Shown here: piece by piece, positions 39,369 to 51,439 of the stretch
How the letters are laid out: every line of letters starts with the position of its first letter
Position numbering within the stretch: position 1 is the first letter of the stretch
Assembly: GCF_030684315.1 (NCBI RefSeq)
Contig: NC_081396.1
Coordinates: forward strand, 2,046,001-2,110,000
Origin: Stegostoma tigrinum
Taxonomy: Eukaryota
Length of the DNA stretch: 64,000 nt
Reading direction: 5' to 3'
Notes under the pieces: model-generated
What the model was told of the DNA's origin: nothing
The model's input: only the letters and a program-made list of their open reading frames with translations
Databases searched by the model: none
Translations under genes and position numbers: made by a program

Positions 39369-40597
39369 TCGTTGCAACGGTCGGAAAGTGAGAAAACTCT
39401 GGACAAACTTCAATTTTATAAATATTACCAAAATATACTGAATTCATATCAATCTAGATCGTTGGTAATTCAAGAGCCACAGATGCAACACTGAGAAAAG
39501 TGGCTCCTGATCTCTTAAATAGCATACATTCCAAATACAAATTGAAAGGTGTGATTCGAGAATGTGCTCCATTTTGTAAATTACATGTATTAGAACAGCA
39601 ATTCTACCCGAATTATCTGGCATGGTGAATCGGCAGTTCACAACGGCTCACTAAACAAAGTTCAGTTGGTCGCACGAATGATGTAGGATGAAGATGATCT
39701 CAAAACTACCATTTAAATTCCCAAACCAGCTAAAGCCACAGTGCAGGTCTGGCTTTCTCAACTTTTCCCGTAACCTGAGGTTTGGTGACCAGCAGGAGAA
39801 TCAACACCAGTAGCCTCTCGAAGTAAAGAAGAGCTCTGTAGTTCTCCAGGACTGTGTGACTTTTATTTACATAATTAGTAAATGGCGAAGTAAATGAAAA
39901 GTATCATGGAATGCTCTGGACAAGGAGAACAAAGTGTTTGTTTTTATATGGAGTTTTATTTAATGGTTTCAGATAACTTAAAGGGTTTCTATTATTTTGT
40001 CGCAAATATGAGCATCCAGTTTTCACTTTCGATTTTCGATACAGGTGGCTATTTGATAATCTGTTTTGGTACCCTGAACACACCACAAATATCCCAATTC
40101 AATGTTCTTTTTTTGCTATTCCTCCGTGGTCGCCAGTCCCTTACCCTACTTTTGACTATCCCCTTTCCCCACTTACGATCACGAATCCATACTTCTTGAT
40201 GTGTGCAGGTGCCTTTAACATTGAATGGCATTCAATCAGATTATTTTAATGATGCAGATATTACCCAAATGGCAAGCCGCTCAATGCTGATATTTCAAAT
40301 TAAAACATACTTACAACTTTGCTGTGCATTTCGTCTTCGAAAGAACGATAAATGGTATGGCTGCTTCCAAAACAGCTGCGAAAATTCTTAGAAATTCCCT
40401 AAAAAAACTGTCATTTTATTCCCTCGACAGTCAGTAAAATTATCAAAATCTGTGTTCAATGTGAACGATTTCACATCTTGTTGATTTGGATTTTGCTTGG
40501 TCTTCGCATGCACAGCTAAGTATCTCACCTGCTGTTACAAAGACGTCCGAATAGACAGCAGCTGTGACCCAGAAACTTTCAGTAGTTCTTGCACAAG

Positions 40598-41067
40598 GGT
40601 TTATTTTTAGTTTTCGCTCTCTCGTTGACGAGGCTAATTTGCATAGTAATAGATCGCGGTGTCAGACAGCTGCAACTCCGAGATGGTCAACTGGTGCAAC
40701 TTGTCTGCCAGCTGAACCGTGTCAGAAAACCTGGTCTGAGTGAAATATGCTTTAAATGAGTCTCCGTCGCTTGTGCTCCTCCAGAGTATGAACTCTGGCA
40801 GTCTTCCTGGGTATTGATATAATAAGTAATAGCGTTGGCAGTTTAGGTGCAGTTTAAAACGAAGTGTTTTACCTCTGTCTGTGTGAGCAACGAATCCCAC
40901 AGTGTAAAGAGTTTCCATTGCTCAGATGTGAAACGTGTGATTTTAAAAAAGTGATAGATTAAATATTGAAGTGATTATGAGAGTTCACAGTCACCCATCC
41001 AGAAAACAGACAAAAAAGGATGGATTTGGAGCCCCAAGAAAATCGCTTTCGGCCACCTGGCCCATTT
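40598..41067 (-). pseudogene. TRDV/TRAV-type V pseudogene
   Basis: ORF 40634-40918 reads ..RYYLLYQYPGRLPEFILWRS..FTQTRFSDTVQ..HQLTISELQLSDTAIYYYAN* (Cys104 to Tyr, Trp deleted). Leader-like LGLQIHPFLSVFWM-G|GTGAC near 41000; heptamer lost. Confidence 0.85.
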
Positions 41068-41648
41068 GTGTGTGTGTAAGCCTCCACAGTTCCTGTTATA
41101 CTAAAAGCAAATCCTTCCATCTACTTTGTTCTCATGGGCATATCGAGATTACATTTAAACGTCTCAATGCAGTTCTCCTCAACTCCTCCTTATGCCGCTG
41201 AAGGCATATTTGATGAAAACTGTGGCTGAAGATGTTTCTTCTGAATTCCTTATTTGATCTATTCGGGAACAAAAATCTGAAACCTCCTTAAGGGAAGCAT
41301 CCTCTCGAGGTCTACTCTGTCATTTTTCTTTTGTCATTTAAAGACATAAGCCAGATGACTCACTTGTTTTCTCAGCAGCAGAAAAATAAAGAATGGGGTC
41401 CAAGCATGGATTCCGAGTTGATGTTATTTTCAATGCTGATTGATCGCTGGAAATAGCTTCATAGGTGTTACAATACTCCTTCTGTAAGACCCTGCTCACA
41501 ATTTCTCAAGTATATTCTAAAAACAGGTCAATCTTCGTTTAATTCGAATACTTTGATTTTGTTTCAAATTTATTCACAAAGAAAGTAAATCCGAATTTCA
41601 ACACTAAACTTCTTAGTGACAATGAAGTTCACATATATCAGAGTGAGA

Positions 41649-42068
41649 ATGAAGAGTTGCATCACTCTGGGATTCGAGAGGCCTTGGTAACTGATAGACC
41701 ATTGAGCAACAAAAAAACTGTAAGAATTGGCTGAGATTCTTCTGATGTGACGTCCTGAAGGAAATGCAACAGAATGTGCTCAGCTCATTGCACCAGATTG
41801 GTCTGATGTCAATTCGGTAACCACAAAGCCTGTGTTTATTGTGGAGAAATGTGATATTGCGAATACATTTTACAGACCAGAGAGAAAGCCTAGTAAATGT
41901 AGAGAGATTGTTTCTATCTGAGTTGAAAAACAATGAGGTCTCTAACTGAGATATAGCGAGCTAATAAACTGACCTGAGCGACAGTTCACTCTCGAATTGA
42001 CAATAATGATGTTGGATCTCCAGTTAATGAGAGAGACAGATTGCTCTCTATAGTTGAGAGGCATACTG
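41649..42068 (+). pseudogene. Decayed L-V relic
   Basis: MKSCITLG..|GTAACT, ~109-nt intron, SDVNSVT..GE(N)VI..CEY ... LELTI..DLQL..C.L then CATACTG (42062-42068). Confidence 0.4.
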
Positions 42069-42982
42069 TTCCTTTATTGAACTGACAGACAGTTTGCTGT
42101 CTTACTGTCCAAACTGCTTTGACGTGTAGGAATTTCGGTAGTCCAAGAAACAAGATAAAATGAATTGAGCAGGAAAAATAAAGCAACTTGTTTTAAGATT
42201 TGCATCTTATGGTACTGTATAAATCTCAATATCGGTGGAAAATGGAAGTAAAATCAGTCTTAACTTCCAGAAACAAAAAGGATATTCATATAATGGAAAT
42301 TATCTGCACAGTTACAGAATGTGGGAGAAAGATATGTGAAAAGAACTGATTGCTCCACTCTTTCAGAGAGCAGGCACAAATAAAACATTAGAATGGCCTC
42401 AGTCTCAATGAAATATAACTTTGATTCTTGGTTATTTAACCCTTCTCCAGCTATTTGCTCCTCAGTGCCTCTGTTACTAAGGGAACACGTTGGCAACAGT
42501 TGTCTCAAAATCCAGTCACCTCAGATATAGCTGAACGGCATTTCAAACTTTCTGTTCTCTTACAGAGCAGCAATTTCATTCATGGCTGTGCCTGTTGCAG
42601 TCTTGCATTCAGTTCCGTTTATTGCTTTCACTCTGGCCCACTAACTCTGCTTTGTATTACTTGAGAGATTGTTGCAACGATCACTATTTGTTATTGAGTG
42701 GAGCCAAGATATGCTCTTGTTGGGCTGAGGTGGACAAGTTTTAAAATGTATAACACCAGGTTACAGTCCAAATGGCTTATTTGATTTCACAGGCGTTCTT
42801 ACCGCTGCTCCTTCATCAGGTGAAGTGAAGAGAAGTACACAGGCGCAGAGTAATCAAAATATCTTATGAAAGGAGTGAGTGGAGTGTTAGCAGACTGAAT
42901 AAGTCTCTGCAGGCGATATAAAAAGTCGGTAGGTGTGAATAAAGTCGCAACAGGTGAAAAAAAGTGAAGGATTAAAGTATAA

Positions 42983-44725
42983 GAGATAATGGGAACTGCA
43001 GATGCTCGAGAATCCAAGATAATAAAATGTGAGGCTGGATGAAGACAGCAGGCCAAGCAGCATCTCAGGAGCACAAAAGCTGACGTTTCGGGCCAAGAAC
43101 CTTCATCAGAGAGGGGGGTGGAGTGAGGGTTCTGGAATAAATAGGGAGACAGGGGGAGGCGGAACGAAGATGGAGAGAAAAGAAGATAGGTGGAGAGAGT
43201 ATAGGTGGGGAGGTAGGGAGGGGATAGGTCAGTCCAGGGAAGACGGACAGGTCACGGAGGTGGGATGAGGTTAGTAGGTAGGAGATGGGTGTGCGGCTTG
43301 GGGTGGGAGGAAGGGATGGGTGGGAGGAAGAACAGGTTAGGGAGGCAGAGACAGGTTGGACTGGTTTTGGGATGCAGTGGGTGGAGGGGAAAAGCTGGGC
43401 TGGTTGAGTGGTGCAGTGGGGGGAGGGGATGAACTGGGCTGGTTTAGGGATGCGGTGGGTGAAGGGGAGATTTTCAAGCTCGAGAAGTCCACATTGACAC
43501 CATTAGGCTGCAGGGTTCCCAAGCGGAATATGAGTTGCTGTTCCTGCAACCTTCGGGTGGCATCATTGTGGCACTACAGGAGGCCCATGATGGACATGTC
43601 ATCTAAAGAATGGGAGGGGGAGTGGAAATGGTTTGCGACTGGGAGGTGCAGTTGTTTGTTGCGAACCGAGCAGAGATGTTCTGCAAAGTGGTCCCAAGCC
43701 TCCGCTTGGTTTCCCCAATGTAGAGGAAGCCACACCGGGTACAGTGGATGCAGTATACCACATGGCAGATGTGCAGGTGAACCCCTGCTTAATGTGGAAT
43801 GTCATCTTGGGGCCTGGGATAGGGGTGAGGGAGGAGGTGTGGGGGCAAGTGTAGCATTTCCTGCAGTTGCAGGGGAAGGTGCAGGGTGCGGTGGGGTTGG
43901 AGGGCAGTGTGGAGCGAACAATGGAGTCACGGAGAGCGTGGTCTCTCCGGAAAACAGACAGGGGTGGGGATGGAAAAATGTCTTGGGTGACGGGGTCGGA
44001 TTGTAGATTTGCGTTGTTTCCGGAGGTTGGTGTGGTGGTGTGTGAGAACGAGGGGGATCTGCTTTGCAGAACACCTCCGCTCAGTTCGCAACAAACAACT
44101 GCACCTCCCAGTCGCAAACCATTTCCACTCCCCCTCCCATTCTTTAGATGACATGTCCATCATGGGCCTCCTGCAGTGCCACAATGATGCCACCCGAAGG
44201 TTGCAGAAACAGCAACTCATATTCCGCTTGGGAACCCTGCAGTCTAATTGTATCAATGTGGACTTCTCGAGCTTCAAAATCTCCCCTTCCCCCACCACAT
44301 CCCTAAACCAGCCCAGTTCGTCCCCTCCCCCCACTGCACCACACAACCAGCCCAGCTCTTCCCCTCCACCCACTGCAACCCAAAACCAGTCCAACCTGTC
44401 TCTGCCTCCCTAACCTCTTCTTCCTCCCACCCATCCCTGCCTCCCACCCCAAGCCGCAGCCCCATCTCCTACGTACTAACCTCATCCAACCTCCTTGACC
44501 TGTCCGTCTTCCCTGGACTGACCTATCCCCTCCCTACCTCCCCACCTATTCTGTCTCCACCTATCTTTTTTTTCTCTCCACCTCCCCCTCTCTCCCTATT
44601 TATTCCAAAACCCTCACCCCATCCCCCTCTCTGATGAAGGGTCTAGGCCCGAAACGTCAGCTTTTATGCTCATGAGATGCTGCTTGGCCTGCTCTGTTCA
44701 TCCAGCCTCACATTTTATTATCAAT
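42983..44725. mobile_element. Young Penelope-like insertion with inverted duplicated ends and 13-bp TSD
   Basis: Minus copy ~42983-44055 and plus copy ~44058-44722 (FAEHLRSV..PVANHFHSPSHS). GATTAAAGTATAA at 42970-42982 and 44726-44738. Hammerhead-like motifs at 43082-43109(-) and 44631-44658(+). Confidence 0.9.
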
Positions 44726-44924
44726 GATTAAAGTATAATCCGATTAATTGGACAGAAAAATAGCTTCAACAAATATTAAAATTATGTTGTGCTGAAGACG
44801 AATAAAATGACTGGAATAACATGATAGGTACAAACGTCACCTGTCGAGGCTCTAACCGAAGTAAAAAGTTATCTAACATTGTGAAAATTAATTGAGACAA
44901 AGAGATCATAACAAGTTTTTTTTT

Positions 44925-46302
44925 ATGGGCCAGTGAGCCTTACCTCAGTTGTTGGTGAAGTGTTGGAACAGGTTATATGGGATATGATATATAATCATCT
45001 AGAAAAGAATAAATAGATTAGGGATAGTCAGCACGGTTTTGAGAAGGAAAGGTCGTGCCTCACAAACCTTATTGAGCTCTTTGAGAAGGCGACCACACAG
45101 GTAGATGAGAGTAAACTGGTTGATGTGGTGTATATGGATTTTAGCAAGGCGTTCGATAAGGTTCCCCACAATAGGCTATTGTAAAAAATGCAAAGGAGTG
45201 GAATTGTGGGAGATACAGCAGTTTGGATCGGAAGTTGGCTTGCTGAAAGAAGACAGAGGGTGTTAGTTGATGGGAAATGTTCATCCTGGAGACCAGTTAC
45301 TGGTGGTGTACCGCAAGGGTCGGTGTTGGTCTACTGCTGTTTGTCATTTTTATAAATGACCTTGATGAGGGCGTAGAAGGATGGGTTAGTAAATTTGCAG
45401 ATGACACTAAGGTCGTTGGAGTTGTGGATAGTGACGAAGGATGCTGTAGGTTGCAGAGAGACATAGATCAGCTGCAGAGCTGGGCTGAGAGGTGGCAAAT
45501 GGAGTTTAACGCAGACAGGTGTGAGGTGAAGCACTTTGGTAGGAGTAACCAGAAGGAAAAGTACAGGGCTAATGGTAAGATTCTTAGCAGTGTAGACGAG
45601 CAGAGAGATCTCGGTGTCCATGTACACAGATCCTTGAAAGTTGCCACCCAGTTTGACAGGGCTGCAAGAAGGCATGCAGTGTTTCAGCTTTTATTAACAG
45701 AGGGATCGAGTTCCGGAACCAAGAGGTTATGGTGAAGCTGTACAAAACTCTGGTGCGGCCGCACTTGGAGTATTGTGTACAGTTCTGGTCACGGCATTAT
45801 AAGAAGGATGTGGAAGCTTTGGAAAGGGTGCAGAGGAGATTTACTAGGATGTTGCCTGGTATCGAGGGAAGGTCTTACGAGGAAAGGCTGAGGGACTTGA
45901 GGCTGTTTTCATAAGAGAGAAGAAGTTTGAGAGGTGACTTAATTGAAACATATAAAATAATCAGAGTGTTAGATAGGGTGGATAGGGAGATCCTTTTTCC
46001 TAGGATGGTGACGGCGAGCACGAGGGGCATAGCTTTAAATTGAGGGGTGAAAGATATAGGACAGATGTCAGAGGTAGTTTCTTTACTCAGAGAGTAGTAA
46101 GGGAATGGAACGCTTTGCCTGCAATGGTAGTAGATTCGCCAGCCTTAGATACATTTAAGTCGTCTTTGGACAAGCATCTGGACGTACATGGAATAGTGTA
46201 GGTTAGATGGGCTTGAGATCAGTATTACGGGTCGGCACAACATCGAGGGCCGAAGGGCCTGTACTGTGCTGTAATGTTCTATGTTCTATATTCTATGCTC
46301 TA
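44925..46302 (+). mobile_element. CR1/HER1 LINE, 5'-truncated
   Basis: PVSLTSVVG..QHGF..RSCLTNL..YMDFSKAFD..FINDLDEG..SKFADDTK..LYKTLVRPHLEYC; 3' (TTCTATG)n tail at ~46277-46302. Confidence 0.92.
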
Positions 46303-48619
46303 TGATGGTGTCAGAACAGACCAGTAACGAAGATTTTGCAGATATGGAACAGTATGGTATGGTGACATGAAGAGTGCCATGAACTCCAAATCATGCTTGA
46401 GGCTTTCGTTACAGGCATATAAGTCTGCAGTCAGTTTCTGATGAGCAATACGGCGTTGTCATGCATCTCAAAAGCGACCTTGGATGAAGCTCATTAGAAG
46501 ATCAGATGCTAATAGTCATTGACCATTGACGTATCCCCTGACTGGTGGATGGATGTGGGAGGTCGGGTGGGGAGGGCATTCCGGTCTGTTGATTGATCTG
46601 CAGTGTCCATTCATTCGTTGGCACCGCGTCTGGATGCTGTTGCCAATATACCATTCTTCAGGGCATTTTTGCATGCAGCGTATGTTTTATTAACAACTAG
46701 GACCAAATCACATGAGTGTCTGTCGTGCATGTGATGGCTGCTGTTGCCATGTGTGATAGCCGAATCCATTTCGACTATCTCTGAAATAATTTTGAAAAAT
46801 GGAGACACAACATTGTTTGTCGACATTTCTTCTGTAACACTGAACTATCTGTCCTAAAAGCCTATCGTCCAGATCAGTGAGTTTCTACTCACTGACAGAC
46901 AGTTCACTCCCTCCCAACCTCCGAGCACGACTGGTGACACAAGGCCGTGAGGTAAGACGAGTTTCGACTCTTGCACTCCACAATTCCTGGCGTTGTTGTT
47001 TAAGGGTTTTCAGGAAAGAGCTTGCTTTGCCCCTAGTTAATTACATTTGATTTGGTTTCACTGGAGGGACCGATCACCAGCAGTGTCATTTTAAGGTCAG
47101 TGGCTGGACGTTGAAGTGCAGGTGAGAGACAAAGAAAGATCAATAAAAAGAGCTAGAAATCTCTAATTCACTGTTTTTAAGGATGGTAGAACCTGAACAC
47201 CACTTCTGTTTGCTATTTAAGTACATGTGTCGCACTAACTCAGTAGAGCCAAGTGAAGATGATGATCGATAAGTTTGGGGCAGTGAGTTTTGTCTACATG
47301 GACTTCAGTAAGGCCTTTGACAAAATCCATGGAGACAAAATCCACTGCTGCACACTTATCGCTCTTCTTCTTCACTTCGCTCTACCAAGTTGGTGAGACA
47401 CGACCTCGCCTTCACAAAACCATACTGCCTCTCGCTAATATGCCCACTGATTTGCAGTTGGGAGTAAATCGGGCCTTGAAGAATACTCTCCAATAATTTC
47501 CCGACCATTGAAGTAAGGCTCACACGCTCGTAATTGGATGGATTAACTATGTCACCCTTCTAAAACGAAGAAACAACATTGGCTATTCACCAGTCCTCTG
47601 CGACCTCCCCTGTAGCCAGTGAGAAGACAACTATTTCCCTCAAAGTCCCAGAAATTTCCTCCCTTGCTTCTCTCGGTATTCTGTTGTGTATCCCACCCGG
47701 CCCTGGGGACCTGTCTCCCTTCAAGTTTTACAATGTCCCCAGATACCTCCTCACTTTTGCTCTCAACATGACCTCAACTTCAAACCCTTCCCCAGACTCA
47801 TCATCCACCATGCCCTTCTCTATGGTGAATACCGACGTCATGTACTAATTTAATATCTCGCTCAGTCTCTTTGGATCCACACATAAATTCCCTTTCCAGG
47901 CCTGGAGTGAGCCAACCCTCTGCCTGGTTACCTCTTTGCACTTTATGTACGGATGAAAATCCTTGGAATGTTCTTTATTCCTTTTGGCAAAAGTCTTGTT
48001 ATCCTTTTAGCTCTCCTGACTCCTTGCTAAATCTTATTTTGACTTTCCTCGTCTTCCAAACTTGCTTCATGTGTTCCCAGCCTCCCAGACTTGACATCCT
48101 TCAGAACTGACACAAGTGAAATTTTCTGGGTGTTATTCTGTACTGAATGGTCGTGAGGAGCGCGAAAGAACGTCGGGAAAGTTAGAAGGCGAAGGAGATG
48201 AAAGGAGACTGAGAACATTTGGATAAGAGATATAGAAAGGTGCTAACAGCAGAAAAGAACATACAAACATGGAGTGCTACCTATGTGTGTGTGTGTGTGT
48301 GTAAGGATGGTTGCAGGAATAGGGCGGGAGAACCACAACAGAAAGAAAGAGAATTCCAGCAGTGCGCAAATTGATGGTCTACATAAGTTCAGGTGTGAAA
48401 TGGAAATTGACCGTAGTTCGGGATAAAATATTGCTGACAATGTAGGGTCCTGTGGAAACACATGCTGGCATGCGAGTAGTATGTGGGCACGAAATTAGCA
48501 GCGATGCAAACCTCATTTCGGTAAAATCACGAGAATGAATATTAAAATGCAAAAGAGAGATGAAACAGAAACATTATTAACGACATAGTTAATTAGATAA
48601 AGACAATTAAACAGACGTC

Positions 48620-49020
48620 CCCATTGTGAGCTTGCCATGTTTCAGCACGGTGGTGACGAAGTGAATCTCTTCCCACTATCCGTGGTGACTAAATGATGCT
48701 CTTACCACAATCCGTGCAGGTGAAGAGTGCCTTCCTGGGTTGACAGTACCAATGTTATTTCTGCAACAATTGGATTGAATTGAATTCAGTTCATTCCTCC
48801 ATACGTCAACATTTCTCCACGTTGGGACTGTACTTCTGTTTCGAAAGATCAATCATTTGGCTGAAGACATGTTCAAACAAGGAACGCATGTGAAGTTTCT
48901 CACAAATTTCAACGGGGCTTTTTCCTCCCGTGTTCCAAAACAGATGACTTCCAAATAATGATATCATAGGCGACTTCACCTGATCCTGTTGGAATGTTAC
49001 GTCAATTTTCAATAGATCCG
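48620..49020 (-). pseudogene. C2H2 zinc-finger relic (paralog of 13830-14200)
   Basis: ORF 48806-49024 reads ..EKLHMRSLFEHVFSQMIDLSKQKYS.. Confidence 0.6.
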
Positions 49021-50409
49021 TCAATTTCCGATCTTCCCCCTCTTATTAGCTGTGAAAATCATTTTAAACAGAATATCATGAGAGAAAGAACATACAAAAT
49101 CACAGAGTTGAAAGAATCTGATAATTTCTGGGATCAATGCTGAGAAAATTTGGAAAAGAAAACATGCAGATTTTCACTGAATCGTGACTGGTTCACAAAA
49201 AGAAATCGAGGAAGGGGATTTGTCACCCAGTCTGAGTCTAAACAACAGCCTAGCCTCTATCACACCAGAGAGAGATGGGAGAGACAAATAGAAAACGAGG
49301 GGGGTTTTTGTATTTCTGCAACGGCACATGGAAGAAACAAGGCAGCAGATGTCACACGTTTCCTTTCAAGTCACATACTGCACTGTACTGTCCAATTTTC
49401 AGTTCCGGAGTGGCAACGACTTCCGATATTTTAATATATTTTGATAGAAGTAACCAGGAAGTTCTGAACAAAAATAACTTGGCTTTAAACGTTTCCACTG
49501 CTTTGTCTGATCAGAGGTTGCCAGGTCTATTGAGTTTCATATGTCTAAATTTTTTGTTTGTTTTATTTTACGAAAATGGGATATTAACACTGATGATGTA
49601 GACAGAGGTGAGCAGTGGGCAGAATGGTAAAGCTGGCGCAAAAGAGAGCAATTAAATAAAACGAGGCGGGTAAACTGTTGTTGACAGTGATTCAGGGAAG
49701 AATATAAGCTATTTCAATGAATTGGGGGCGATGAATGGCTGATAATGATGTGGCTCAATGCTCTGGTGTTTGGCTAAAGCCTTGTCCAGACACACAACGC
49801 ATGTACAGTTTCGCCCCGCTGAGCATGGTGCTTTTTTCGTCCATTTTCAAAACTGATCACATTCCATGAGCGATTCATTGAACAACTCCATCGGTCATAA
49901 ATCCTAATTCTCTGTGTCAAGTTCGTTTTCGGAGACGCTCACGGATTTGCTGCAATAACAAGACACTGACCTGTTTAGAAAAACACAAATCATTTTATTA
50001 CAGAGCAAGTACAAGCTGTGGAGAATCACTGTACTTAACCCGGCACAGAGTGCAGAGTTTCGCAGGTAACTCTCCTCGAGCAGCGGATAGTCCCCACTTT
50101 TCATACTTTACAAAAGACGTGATACATAAATCGATTTGACAATTTACAATGACATGATGCATAAAACAATTACGACAATAGACAAAAACAGGATACCAAG
50201 CAATTATTACATCAACAACATAAAAGACCAGGATGCAGTATCGATTGCTCGTGAAGTAGCTGCTAATGGCAGGAGGCGATTTCGAGTTGTTGCCCGGGAT
50301 AGGTTGTGATTTCAAGTTGCCAGTGTGTCTGGCTAGTACAAAGTCAGTGCCCTGGCCCCTTTGTCAGCGACAGAAGTTACATGCTTTGCAGGTTTCACAC
50401 CTTTACAAA

Positions 50410-51415
50410 TTGTCGTCATTGTGCTGTTTCCCAGGGCGCAGAGTCCACAAATAAGGTAATTCCGATTTTTTTGCGGCCACCACCCCAGGGGAGCCTCCCA
50501 AGCTGACAGTTCCCAGGAAGCCGTATTCTCAAGGAAAAGCCCAAGGTAATCGGGTTCGGCCATGTAGAGCAAGACTCCCATCTCAGGAAGCATGTGACAA
50601 TTCGCTGTTGATTTCGTGCTTGTTGGGGACAAGGGACAGTGAGGGGCCCAATGGTCCCAGCAGCAAACAGTCCTGGCAGATTTCGAGTAGCAGTTGTGAA
50701 GGTCCCGTTCAGGAGGAAAACGAATCCCTTTTTTTAGGCCCGTAGCAGGTAACAGACTCACGTATTTCTTGATAGCTACACCAGGAGGATTGGCTCTTAT
50801 ATGGATGGAAGCTTACGGAGTTAAATGGAAATGACCCATAGTCTGTTTTTCACGTTGGTGCTATTGCAATCCTCACAAGTCCACTGTATGCCCGTGGTCA
50901 CAGTTATTGGCTTAGTTTCCAAGCAGGAGCAGTTCAACAATCCTCCTCTCGTGGTGCAATTTCTGTTTGTGCACCGATGGGGCCAGGAAACATTTTGGGG
51001 GTGATTAGTAACTCGAGCATGCACACAACAAGTACCAGATCCATTAAAGCAAAACGTATAGCTGTTGGGACTTGTACAGTTCGCACCGTCCTTCTCATGC
51101 CCAGGTCTCGTGTCCCCACAACCAGAGAGACCACTAACTACCAGTTTCACACATGTACCCTGCACACCCCTCGTCCAAGTTCCCCTCTGCCCTCGGCACG
51201 GCTTACGGAATACTATACTTCATAAAGCTGAGCAGGCAGGCAGGTGTTGCCACAAATAACACTTCTACAGACCGTGCTTGTGGGTAGCATGCTGTCTGAT
51301 TCACGTGCAGCTGGACGTGTGTTCTATAAAACAGATTGTTCTGCTGGCCATGCATGGGCAGAATAACATTCAGTCCAATGGTTAACCGCACGCTGATGAG
51401 GAAGTCCATCATTTA
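50410..51415 (-). pseudogene. env: ERV env relic (SU and fusion peptide only)
   Basis: Cys-rich frameshifted ORFs 51203-51412, 50821-51165 and 50333-50761 with NxS/T sites. GFLGTVSLGGSPGVVAAKNRNYLICGL resembles a fusion peptide and runs directly into the LTR. Confidence 0.65.
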
Positions 51416-51439
51416 CAGTCACTTAGGTGGATCCAGCGA

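Larger units (their letters stand above)
42740..46870 (-). mobile_element. Older Penelope-like element split by two later insertions
   Basis: Terminus CACCAGGTTACAGTCCAA..CTGCTCCTTCATCAGG at ~42755-42820. Sequence resumes at 44740-44915 and 46303-46870 with decayed GIY-YIG-like coding. Confidence 0.55.
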
